DNA of 64,000 nucleotides from Candidatus Poribacteria bacterium (GTDB lineage Bacteria > Poribacteria > WGA-4E > PCPOR2b). The stretch lies in assembly GCA_965208675.1 (NCBI GenBank), contig OZ242351.1:4096001-4160000 (forward strand). The letters are read 5' to 3'. Positions 1 through 8,893 of the stretch are shown here, in pieces. The notes beneath the pieces were generated by a model. The model was not told where the DNA came from, ran no database searches, and worked only from the letters and a program-made list of their open reading frames with translations. How positions within the stretch are numbered: the first letter of the stretch is position 1; every line of letters begins with the position of its first letter. The translations under genes and the position numbers were made by a program.

Positions 1-170
1 GAAAGTTTGAAGCATATTATCGTCGCCCCGTAGTCATCTGCATTCTGTAGAATCTCGTACACAAAGTGTGTAGAATCTGAGTACATAGAGACCTGTGTTT
101 TCCGAGAGGCGGTATCTTCCCCCAATTGTTTTTCGTTATGTGCTGTTATTGCTTTGTAATCACTCGGAAT
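1..170 (-). CDS. 5' part of a sacsin-like/NOV-type GHKL ATPase (truncated by window edge)
   Basis: Not in ORF track. Minus strand reads (I)PSDYKAITAHNEKQLGEDTASRKTQVSMYSDSTHFVYEILQNADDYGATIICFKL; HFVYEILQNADD matches the GHKL motif-I ExxQNAxD of sacsin-like ATPases. AAGGAGA lies 7 nt upstream of an ATT codon at 168-170, with an in-frame stop 7 codons further up. Confidence 0.75.
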   Translation of the reverse strand, partial: MPSDYKAITAHNEKQLGEDTASRKTQVSMYSDSTHFVYEILQNADDYGATIICFKL

Positions 171-236
171 GTGATCATCTCCTTGCAGGTGTCATAGACG
201 TATTCATTGCACTTCTACAAATAAAAATCTAAATTT

Positions 237-3200
237 TCAGGCGTTTCTTTGCACTTCCAAAATACCATTCGCTACTGGCTCCGCGGTAATGTCGGCTTTC
301 TCCATTGCAGATTCTAGCTCCCGAATTCGTCGATTGTAATTTGCCTTAGCTCTGTCAATCAGGGATTGCTTCATCCGACGGATGTTTTCCGAGGTCGCCT
401 GTTGTAGTTGTTCACGTAACAGCGCAACTTGCGCCTGATGACTCGTTGATAGACTTTCTTTGCGGTAAGCAGCAAGTTCTTGAGTGCGTTGTCGATGGTC
501 ATCGCGCGCCGCCGTCCATAGTTGCTGGTGCAAAGCTTCTAATACATCCTGCATTGGAGGTCGATTGGTTTCCTGCACATCACTATCCACCGCTTCCTCT
601 AGTAATCGGCTAAGATGCGGCGTCAACTCGCGGGATGACGCAATCGGCTTCAGAATCATGTCTTCCTTGACACCGTGGAACTGCCACTGGTAAATTGCAA
701 AATCGTAGCGTCCCGCGGGAACATCGTCGGTTTTCACTTTAAGAGTAGCGACGACGTTGTGTTCCTTCTCTAGCGTTAGTGCCGCTTGTTTCACTAAGGG
801 ATGTATTGGCATAATGAATGCGGCTTTGGGATGTTGAGACGCGCCTTCTGCCGCAAACGCAACGGGTAGATGCTGATCGTCGCCCTTTAGCCAATTCTCC
901 CACTCTCTAAAAACCGGACTCCTTTCTCTCGGAAGTTGCTGCAAATCGCTCAATAACGTACCTCTCGCGATTTCCGATAGCCGCAGCGTTTTCAGCGACC
1001 TTTCACCAAGAATGTATTCGCGCTCAGGCTCCAATCTCGATTTAAGATAGAGTGTGACGAGTCGCTGTATTGATTCTGGGGACAACCAAAAACTAGAAGC
1101 ATCTTTAACCTCTCTTTCTATTCTGTTATCAGGGAATCGGATGCCGAATAGTTCCAACTGCTGATTCTCCAGCCGCTCTTTTTCCTGTATCAGCCGAATT
1201 TGGTTGTCTGCCAACTGCTGCAACTTGGTTCCTCGTTCTGCCTCGGTCAATGTGTAATTCTCGGCGATTTCCCGGAGTTTCGTCGTGATTTCACCGAGGA
1301 TTTCTTCGCTGCCTCCCAGCGCGCTTTCGAACACACCGATCCGGAGCAGGCAGCGTTCATAGATGTCGGCATCGACGGTCCCGGGCGTAATCAGATTGAT
1401 AATTGTAACGTGATGGCTTTTTTGCCCTTTCCTATCAATCCGGCCTATCCGTTGTTCGATTTTCATCGGGTTCCACGGCAGGTCATAGTTGACAATACAG
1501 TCGCAGAACTGGTAATCCAATCCTTCGCACCCGATTTCTGAAAACAGCATGATGTCAAGAGCGTTGGTTTCTTCTTTCGACTTCTCAAAACGATCTCTCA
1601 GTTCAATTCGTTCGTCATCCGGTGTCCCGCCGTGCACCATTCCTACACGAAAACCATCCGACCCCAAGTGTTTGTAAAGATAGGCAAGCGTATGACGGAA
1701 ACTGCTAAACACCATCAACTTATTATTGGGGCGGTTTTGCCTTTCGCGTATGATTTGTCGAAGTGCTTCTAGTTTGCGATCTGGCGAGGTTATGGTTCGC
1801 ACTTTTTCATGAATTACTTCAATCTGATCTTGTATACGATTCACGGTATCTTCTTGTGGTATGGATTCCGTAGAATCCGCTTCTCCCCAAGCAAGCTCGT
1901 CGAGATGGCGGCTCAGAATCTCTTCAAGCAGTGGTTCAAGTCCGTATAGACAACTCGCGAGTTGTCGGCGGATTGTTGTCATAAGGAATTTGACATGCTG
2001 ATCGCCGTGCAACCGCCGGAATATCTCCGCTTGCGTCTCAAGCACCATTTCATGGATCTGTTCTTGGGCATCGGTTAATTCAACCTCTACCGTCTGCGGG
2101 CGGCGTATTGTGAACTCACCGATATCGCGGCGGCGAGTTCTGTTGATTATCCCTGAAAAAGTATGTAGCGCCTCTATGTCTGTGATAAGTTGGACGCGTT
2201 CGGCGTGGGTGACAGATCTGCCTGCAATTTTACTTAGAATTAGCTTAAATTCGGGATTATCGTTGAGGATGGATTGCCCCCACGGGGTTTCTGCGGCTTG
2301 CTTCAGGGCTAGCTTTGCCTGACGCAACCATCCCTGTTCCTGCGAGCGTGCGGCGTCAATCGATTGGTTGATAAATAGGTTTGGCTCCGCCATGTGATTG
2401 AAGGCTTCCTCATCTCGAATCAAATCCGGACGAAGTACGTTGAGCAGCACAAACAGGTCATGGCTGCCGAGTTGGATTGGGGTAGCGGTAAGAAAGACAG
2501 CGGCTTCCGCATGGTCACAGAAAAACCGGACCGCATCGTGATTGGCGGTGTTCTGGTTTCGGATGTGGTGCGCCTCGTCCACAATCACTAGATCGAAACG
2601 CGGCGGCGGGTCTAAATCCAATAACCCTTTTGTCCGCCGTCGTCTTTGATTCCCGTCACGACCATTAAGAAGCTCTTTGTCGAACAACGAATAAGGAAGA
2701 ATGACCTTATGATATTGCTCTGGCCACTCCCCATCCAAATTTGTCTCCTTGATGCAATGTTGCAGGAGTCGCCCGTCAAGATGAGTGAAATTTTCGTCAA
2801 ACCGTTTCATCTCCCTAAGCCACTTTTGCTCGGTAACTAGGGGACGAGGACAAATAATGAGAACAGATTTGATGTCGCGACGGGCTTGCAATTCGCGCAG
2901 AATCAACCCGGCTTCAATGGTTTTTCCGACGCCGACGCTGTCGGCGATTAGCAATCTGGGTCGGTCGGAACGGATGAATCTCAGGACAGGTCGGTATTGG
3001 TAGGGAACGAAGTCTACACGCGCCGCGTTAAGCGAATACAAAGTCGACAAACCGGGATAGCGAATCTGTAAGGCAGTCAGGTAGGCGTGAAACTGGTCGC
3101 ATGTAAGAGGTTGCGGGGCGTCGTCACGCTCGGTTTCGACTTGCAACTGAGATGCATAAAAGGTCTGAACGTCCCTGTCAACAAAAACGCCAATCCTGTC

Positions 3201-3314
3201 TTCTGGCGTTCCAGGCGTCACACTAACAACTGCACCGCGAACGGAAGGATCTGATCTCAAGATGACAATCTGACCCGGTGAGAACTCTTGCGAAGGATTT
3301 GGTCTGACATCCAT
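237..3314 (-). CDS. SNF2-family (RapA/HepA, DrmD-like) helicase
   Basis: LLIADSVGVGKTIEAG (Walker A), DEAH, LTATP and NYDLPWNPMKIEQRIGRIDR motifs; C-terminal coiled-coil-like region. Confidence 0.92.
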   Translation of the reverse strand: MDVRPNPSQEFSPGQIVILRSDPSVRGAVVSVTPGTPEDRIGVFVDRDVQTFYASQLQVETERDDAPQPLTCDQFHAYLTALQIRYPGLSTLYSLNAARVDFVPYQYRPVLRFIRSDRPRLLIADSVGVGKTIEAGLILRELQARRDIKSVLIICPRPLVTEQKWLREMKRFDENFTHLDGRLLQHCIKETNLDGEWPEQYHKVILPYSLFDKELLNGRDGNQRRRRTKGLLDLDPPPRFDLVIVDEAHHIRNQNTANHDAVRFFCDHAEAAVFLTATPIQLGSHDLFVLLNVLRPDLIRDEEAFNHMAEPNLFINQSIDAARSQEQGWLRQAKLALKQAAETPWGQSILNDNPEFKLILSKIAGRSVTHAERVQLITDIEALHTFSGIINRTRRRDIGEFTIRRPQTVEVELTDAQEQIHEMVLETQAEIFRRLHGDQHVKFLMTTIRRQLASCLYGLEPLLEEILSRHLDELAWGEADSTESIPQEDTVNRIQDQIEVIHEKVRTITSPDRKLEALRQIIRERQNRPNNKLMVFSSFRHTLAYLYKHLGSDGFRVGMVHGGTPDDERIELRDRFEKSKEETNALDIMLFSEIGCEGLDYQFCDCIVNYDLPWNPMKIEQRIGRIDRKGQKSHHVTIINLITPGTVDADIYERCLLRIGVFESALGGSEEILGEITTKLREIAENYTLTEAERGTKLQQLADNQIRLIQEKERLENQQLELFGIRFPDNRIEREVKDASSFWLSPESIQRLVTLYLKSRLEPEREYILGERSLKTLRLSEIARGTLLSDLQQLPRERSPVFREWENWLKGDDQHLPVAFAAEGASQHPKAAFIMPIHPLVKQAALTLEKEHNVVATLKVKTDDVPAGRYDFAIYQWQFHGVKEDMILKPIASSRELTPHLSRLLEEAVDSDVQETNRPPMQDVLEALHQQLWTAARDDHRQRTQELAAYRKESLSTSHQAQVALLREQLQQATSENIRRMKQSLIDRAKANYNRRIRELESAMEKADITAEPVANGILEVQRNA

Positions 3315-3678
3315 GTTTTACCTCGTCGAAAGATATTAAAGATGGCGGGATAAGCTCGCTAATCACCGTATAAGGATTATCCGAGTAGGTAAATTCCTTC
3401 ATTTGACCTGATGTAAATGGTTGTGTTTGGCTTCAGCGTGGGGTTGTAAGACGGTGCGCGGGTAAGTAGATTGACATACGCGTTTGGCGGATATTCAGTA
3501 ACTTCAAGGGTATTCCGCAGGTGATTTTTCGATTTTTTCCTTTTCATTGGCGAGGCCTTCATCTGAAGGTCAGCGGTTGATAGGCAGTTAATCGCCGCCT
3601 CGCTGCAGGTCAGAGTACGATGTTTAGTATATCACAAAATTGCTGCGAATGGAAAAAATCAGTTTTATTCGCATTTAC

Positions 3679-3717
3679 TTGACACAGGGAAAAACTGTAT
3701 GATATATTATCATACAG
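3679..3717 (+). promoter_or_regulatory. sigma70-type promoter overlapped by a perfect palindromic operator (probable YtrA/GntR site)
   Basis: TTGACA at 3679-3684 and TATATT at 3703-3708; CTGTATGATA-TAT-TATCATACAG (3695-3717) is a perfect 10-bp inverted repeat just upstream of the GntR gene. Confidence 0.75.
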
Positions 3718-3737
3718 ACCGCACAGATGAGGTGCCG

Positions 3738-4127
3738 ATGTTTTTCCGCATTGATTATAACAGCAGCCAGCCAATTTATCAGCAGGTGATTGAGCAGATT
3801 AAGCTCACCATTGTCAATGGCGGGTTAAAGCCCGGAGAGCGCATGCCCTCTATACGCGAGTTGGCGAAAACGTTGAAGATTAATCCAACTACCGCGGCGA
3901 AAATCTACAACGAGTTGGCGCACCAAGGGGTGCTCGTACTGCGTCAAGGCCAGGGGGCATTCGTCGCCCCAAAGGTGGTTTCGCTTGCGAGTGAAGAGAT
4001 TCAACGGATTGTTTCGGAATACGCGAAGAAAATGCTGGTGGAAGGGCTGCGGTTTGGATTGACACGCGAGGAGATTGACTTAATTATTGATGCGGAGTAT
4101 CAAAGTATCAAGAAAGGGGAGCAATGA
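3738..4127 (+). CDS. GntR family (YtrA subfamily) transcriptional regulator
   Basis: PIYQQVIEQIK...GERMPSIRELAKTLKINPTT wHTH with a short C-terminal domain; ATG 3738 follows GAGG; overlaps the ABC ATPase start. Confidence 0.92.
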   Translation: MFFRIDYNSSQPIYQQVIEQIKLTIVNGGLKPGERMPSIRELAKTLKINPTTAAKIYNELAHQGVLVLRQGQGAFVAPKVVSLASEEIQRIVSEYAKKMLVEGLRFGLTREEIDLIIDAEYQSIKKGEQ

Positions 4128-5053
4128 GCGAGAACGTCATTCAAACACACAATCTCACAAAGGACTTCGAGCGCGAAAGAGCCGTGGATTCACTGAGTTT
4201 GACGGTGCCGCAGGGCTCGGTCTTTGGATTCTTGGGGGTCAACGGTGCCGGAAAAACAACGACGGTTCGGATGATAATGGGGCATCTGCATCCCACCAAA
4301 GGAGAGGTCGAGCTACTCGGTAAGAATCCGTGGAAACATACCGAAGTTGAACGGCGTCGTGTAGCTTACGTTTCAGACAACATGCACCTGCCGGGCTGGA
4401 TGACGCCGAAGCAGGCGATACGACTCAACGCGTCTCTTTATCCTAGCTGGGACGCCGCGCTCGCGGAGCGTCTACTTTTCGATCACGATTTGAATCGATG
4501 GAAAAAATACCGGTTGTTCTCGAAAGGCGAGAAACGGCGGCTCTGCCTGCTACTTGCAATTTGCCAGAACGCCGATGTCCTAATCCTTGACGAACCCGCG
4601 TCGGGGCTAGATGTGGTTGCACGGCACAAATTCTTAGATCTCATCCTTGATCGGGTTTACGATGGACGACGAACCGTTTTCCTATCGTCGCATCTGTTGA
4701 GCGACCTAGAACGAATCGTTGACAGGCTAGTGGTTATCCATCGCGGTCGATTGCATCTGTCGGGTACGCTTGATGATTTAAAAACGGAGGTCCGAGAAAT
4801 CCGCTTGCCGGACGCAATACCCCGTGAATCGCTTGATTGCCACTTCGAAATTTTACAATATGAGTCAAATGAACAAGGGACGGTAGTCATCGTCCGAAAC
4901 TTCGACGAAGCGCGTTTTCAAGCATTTTGCCAGCAATTCAATGTGGACGAAACCGCTCAAGTTAACGGTTTCAACCTGGAAGACCTGTTTGTGAGGCTCG
5001 TCGGCACAAAAGGGAACAGAAATCGTCTGAATCGCCAAAAGCGCAAATCATAA
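4124..5053 (+). CDS. ABC transporter ATP-binding protein (ABC-2/YtrB-like)
   Basis: GVNGAGKTT Walker A, FSKGE signature, ILDEP Walker B, SSH H-loop. Confidence 0.93.
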   Translation: MSENVIQTHNLTKDFERERAVDSLSLTVPQGSVFGFLGVNGAGKTTTVRMIMGHLHPTKGEVELLGKNPWKHTEVERRRVAYVSDNMHLPGWMTPKQAIRLNASLYPSWDAALAERLLFDHDLNRWKKYRLFSKGEKRRLCLLLAICQNADVLILDEPASGLDVVARHKFLDLILDRVYDGRRTVFLSSHLLSDLERIVDRLVVIHRGRLHLSGTLDDLKTEVREIRLPDAIPRESLDCHFEILQYESNEQGTVVIVRNFDEARFQAFCQQFNVDETAQVNGFNLEDLFVRLVGTKGNRNRLNRQKRKS

Positions 5054-5169
5054 CACTCCATCGCTTAGTGTGGAGGAGGTTGCTTCCACGGAATAGGTCG
5101 GAAGGCCGACCTGCGCTATTTCAGGAATCCATTATGTCTCGCTGTCAGATGAATCAACGAGAGAAGTAT

Positions 5170-5895
5170 ATGTCCATCGAAATACTAAAAATGGACGCAC
5201 GGAAAGTCTTGCCCTACTATGCACCCGTTCTGTTACTAACCGTTGGGTACGTTCTCATTCAGGAAACGCCGTTAGCGAGTGCCGATTGGAAATTGAACTT
5301 GATAGCCTGCCTACAGGGCATGGTCATCGCTTGGGTGCTTTTCAGCGATTCGGCAGGGACTGAAGTATTTGTCTTTTCGCGCCCATTATCCCGCGTGCGG
5401 TTGTTCTTCACACGCTGGATGTTCGGGATTTCGTTTCAGTTGCTGACGATTGTCGTGGTTTTCCTCACGGTTGCCATAGGGTTACGAAGCGCAATTCAGG
5501 TGTTGATGAACTCGCCTTATCAGCCGATGGTCAAATGGTATGAACTGTCTATACTGGGTTCAATTGCACTGTATTCAATTTTGAGCTACGTAATTGTCAT
5601 GTTCCTAAAACTGCGCCATCGCGTTGTAAGTGTTCGTCTACCAACGTGGCGCGATTTCATCTGGATTGTGTTAATCTGCGTGCTCGTCGGAATGATTTTA
5701 ACTGGTCTCTTTTCAAACATTGGCCCAATACCATATCAGATGATGTCCTGGGCGCTAATGACAAAGTTAGTGTTAACGCGTTTCTTTGCAATCTCGGGAC
5801 CGATTCAAAATCAACTGATTTACGTTGTGCTCGTGACAATCGTGGGAACATTGGCATCGCTCCACTGTTATAAAAACCTTGAAATAGAGTCTTAA
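5170..5895 (+). CDS. ABC-2-type permease-like membrane protein, copy 1
   Basis: About six hydrophobic segments and an FVFSRPLSR motif typical of ABC-2 permeases; start set at MSIEILK by match to the paralog at 8224. Confidence 0.75.
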   Translation: MSIEILKMDARKVLPYYAPVLLLTVGYVLIQETPLASADWKLNLIACLQGMVIAWVLFSDSAGTEVFVFSRPLSRVRLFFTRWMFGISFQLLTIVVVFLTVAIGLRSAIQVLMNSPYQPMVKWYELSILGSIALYSILSYVIVMFLKLRHRVVSVRLPTWRDFIWIVLICVLVGMILTGLFSNIGPIPYQMMSWALMTKLVLTRFFAISGPIQNQLIYVVLVTIVGTLASLHCYKNLEIES

Positions 5896-5912
5896 GCCGT
5901 GCCGAGGTAAGC

Positions 5913-8066
5913 GTGATGAGAAATGACAATCGAGCAAATCGGTGGGTGCTGAATGCGGCGGTGTTTGTAATATTTTTGCCGGTGCTGCTACATCCGGAAT
6001 TGATCCTGGTCATCAGACCGGGTTACATTCAAGTACTAATTGAAGGCGGTCATTGGATGGGTTTGTCGTTCGTTGCTGTCATCATAACACTCTATTTCAC
6101 AACAATCATCTTAGTTCTCTGGAAAGGTCGTCTGCGCTTAGCGGTTTTTACGGCGTTCTTCATTTTTTGTGCGCTCGCGGCCCCGTTCTTCGTGCAACTA
6201 GAAAAGGGCGCCGATTTCCCGCGTCAACTCGCATTATTTAATAGTGTAGCCGGAATAGACGTTTACTGCAACGATGTGTCTCTAGGAAAAACACCGCTCC
6301 AGTTATCGGAATCAGGATTTCACGCGAAGGTGAAACCGTGGGATACACCTCCCCGCCAAAAGATGGTTATTGGAGAGACGTTACTTGATAAGATTAAATC
6401 AAAACGTTACGAATCGGAGCTAGGATGGTTCTACATTCCTTACGACTATTTCGACAGACCTTACGAATTCAGTAGTCCGAGGTCCTTCAGTTATAACAAT
6501 GCAGTGAAATCCGACTACTGGTGGCGTTTCGAGAGAGATGGATGTACAGGACTCGCGCAAATTGGTGATATGGTCTGGTTTGCTCATAGCTTTAGACAAT
6601 ATTTTAGCATCTGGTCATCTCCGGCGTTGCAATACCCCTCCATCGATCCGTATGTGAAACATCTGCTGCACGAATTAGTAAAGTTAAACTACCAGCCTTC
6701 CCTCGAATGGAAAAGGCACGTCGCCGAATCTTCAGGTCTACTTTTCCAACATCTGTACGAGGCGGGTCAACGTGATTCACGTGTAATGCAAGCGCTTGAC
6801 GCAGTAGTTCGTGCGGAGTTCGGCATCCACGACGGAATGCTCGCGCACGAGTGGGAGGAGGTCTTGAATAAGATCGTGTTACGAGTTAGGCAGCGGTATG
6901 CGTTTCGGACGCCCTCGCTAGAATCCATGGCGATGGACTTAATCGTACAAGGCCACACGAAATTGATTGAAACCCATTTTTTCGAACGGCTTTCCCCGAG
7001 TATGTGGGAGTACGCTGCTTTGAAGAGTCAGCCACAGGCACTGTTCAAACGATTCGTTTACGAATCCCGAAACGGCGGGCAGTTTCTGGTCATGGCCGGC
7101 AACTATTCGCGTTCGGAAGCCTTGCGGCTTGTCAGACGGTATCTCCGCGATGTCAATATCTATCAATCGGCCGAGGGCTTCGCCGATACTGCAAATCTCA
7201 GTCAGCGCCGGTCTGAGGCACTAATCACCGCCGCGCAGTTGCAGAATCCGCTTGTTGAACCAGAACTACGTGATTTTGTTCTCAATCTTGTGAACGCACA
7301 TCCGAATGAGTTCGAGCGCGAACTCCGGATGTTTATTGATGCGAGGTTGAAACGCCCCCTCACCGAAGGGGAGGCTGATTCATTTGCCGAGTGGGTGGCT
7401 GAAGCGGTCCCACTTGCTGAAGACGAAAGACTAAAATTCTTGGTTCGTCTAAGTTCAACCTGCACACACCGATATGTCCGGGATATCCTCCGCCGCCATC
7501 CGACATATCAAGAGACAGTTTTACAGACGCTGACAGAAAACCCAAACCCATCGTTGGATGGCTTTCTACTCGAAACATATCAGTCTGTTTCGGGAGTTTC
7601 CCCGATTGACGTCCCACCCGCACTGCTTCGCGCCATGATACTCTGCAGTACACCGCGCATGCATGCATTCTTGGATGAAATGTGGAATGCCGGCGACAGC
7701 AACAGGATTACTCTGTTATCGGCTATGAAGTACGACGAACCGAATTACAATCCTCAACTGCATCCGTGGACAGCGCCTATCTCGCAAATCGAGGATGCCG
7801 GCATACGCCTCGCTGCGATTCCGGTGCTCGACCAAATCGACACGCCGGAATCAGCCGAAATCCTGGGAGATTGGGCGTTGAGCTCAGATGCGGCGGTCAA
7901 GCGTGAGGCGGTATTGGCACTTGCAAATTACCGCGAGCGAAGTCGCCGGGCCAAAGCGCTCTTAGCGGGTAACATCACACCGGATGATCTGATTGTCGGT
8001 CAAACAGCGTATGTTTGGGATGGAAAGGATTATGTGCCGGAGGTGGAAACGGACGAGGACGGATAA
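5913..8066 (+). CDS. large membrane-anchored protein (N-terminal TMs, PEGA-like segment, C-terminal HEAT-like repeat), copy 1
   Basis: Three N-terminal hydrophobic stretches, GIDVYCNDVSLGKTPL (PEGA-like), and DAGIRLAAIPVLDQIDTPESAEIL (HEAT-like); paralog at 8894-11173. Confidence 0.65.
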   Translation: MMRNDNRANRWVLNAAVFVIFLPVLLHPELILVIRPGYIQVLIEGGHWMGLSFVAVIITLYFTTIILVLWKGRLRLAVFTAFFIFCALAAPFFVQLEKGADFPRQLALFNSVAGIDVYCNDVSLGKTPLQLSESGFHAKVKPWDTPPRQKMVIGETLLDKIKSKRYESELGWFYIPYDYFDRPYEFSSPRSFSYNNAVKSDYWWRFERDGCTGLAQIGDMVWFAHSFRQYFSIWSSPALQYPSIDPYVKHLLHELVKLNYQPSLEWKRHVAESSGLLFQHLYEAGQRDSRVMQALDAVVRAEFGIHDGMLAHEWEEVLNKIVLRVRQRYAFRTPSLESMAMDLIVQGHTKLIETHFFERLSPSMWEYAALKSQPQALFKRFVYESRNGGQFLVMAGNYSRSEALRLVRRYLRDVNIYQSAEGFADTANLSQRRSEALITAAQLQNPLVEPELRDFVLNLVNAHPNEFERELRMFIDARLKRPLTEGEADSFAEWVAEAVPLAEDERLKFLVRLSSTCTHRYVRDILRRHPTYQETVLQTLTENPNPSLDGFLLETYQSVSGVSPIDVPPALLRAMILCSTPRMHAFLDEMWNAGDSNRITLLSAMKYDEPNYNPQLHPWTAPISQIEDAGIRLAAIPVLDQIDTPESAEILGDWALSSDAAVKREAVLALANYRERSRRAKALLAGNITPDDLIVGQTAYVWDGKDYVPEVETDEDG

Positions 8067-8223
8067 CGTCAGCGCTTAAAGCCCTTTTTGAAACATCCTA
8101 ATCTGTCTTAGATGGAGGGCATTCTGGGGAAAATGCCTTGAATATCCGATGATTTTGACCCTCATTACGCCAGGAAGTGGTTATGCTAACTGCTTTTCAA
8201 ACATGTTCTGAAGGAGGAGAAAA

Positions 8224-8874
8224 ATGTCCATCGAAATACTTAAAATTGACGTTAGAAAGGTCTTGCCGTACTATGCGCCTTTTCTATTGCTAACCGTTGG
8301 TTACGTTCTTTTTCGGAAAACGCCGTTGGAGAGTGAAGATGGGAAAGTATTCCTAATTGCCGGTCTGCAGGGCATGGTAGTCGCTTGGATGCTTTTCAGC
8401 GATGCTGCGGGAACCGGTGCGTTCATCTTCTCACGTCCGCTATCGCGAAAGCGGTTGTTTCTGATACGCTGGGGGTTTGGGATTTCACTTCAGTTGCTGA
8501 CGGTCGTTACCGTATTTGTTACCATTGCAATCGGATTAAGGAGTGGGGTACAGGTGCTGATGAATTCGCCGTATCAACCGCTGATCAAATGGTATGAACT
8601 GGCCGTTCTAGAGTCAATCGCACTCTATTCGATTTTGAGCTACCAGATTGCGGTATTCTTAAAACTGCGCCTGTACGTTATAAGTGCGCATCCACGAAGG
8701 TGGCGAAATCTCCTCGGAACCGGGCTGGTCGTTTTACTCTGTCTTCAATCTTTGAATACACTGGATGTGTTCAGATTCCGAGATCAAGTATTGGTCGTCT
8801 ACGCTGCGCTTGTAACAATATTGGGAACGTTGGCATCGCTCTACTGTTATCGTCACTTGGAAATCGAGGTTTAG
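8224..8874 (+). CDS. ABC-2-type permease-like membrane protein, copy 2
   Basis: Clear paralog of 5170-5895 (MSIEILK, FIFSRPLSR, NSPYQP..KWYEL, LEIE); AAGGAGG RBS. Confidence 0.78.
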   Translation: MSIEILKIDVRKVLPYYAPFLLLTVGYVLFRKTPLESEDGKVFLIAGLQGMVVAWMLFSDAAGTGAFIFSRPLSRKRLFLIRWGFGISLQLLTVVTVFVTIAIGLRSGVQVLMNSPYQPLIKWYELAVLESIALYSILSYQIAVFLKLRLYVISAHPRRWRNLLGTGLVVLLCLQSLNTLDVFRFRDQVLVVYAALVTILGTLASLYCYRHLEIEV

Positions 8875-8893
8875 CTTCCCGGAGGTGAATACA

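Noticed and set aside
3377-3562. 61-aa ORF upstream of the helicase
   Set aside because: No recognisable motif or RBS; probably intergenic or a remnant.
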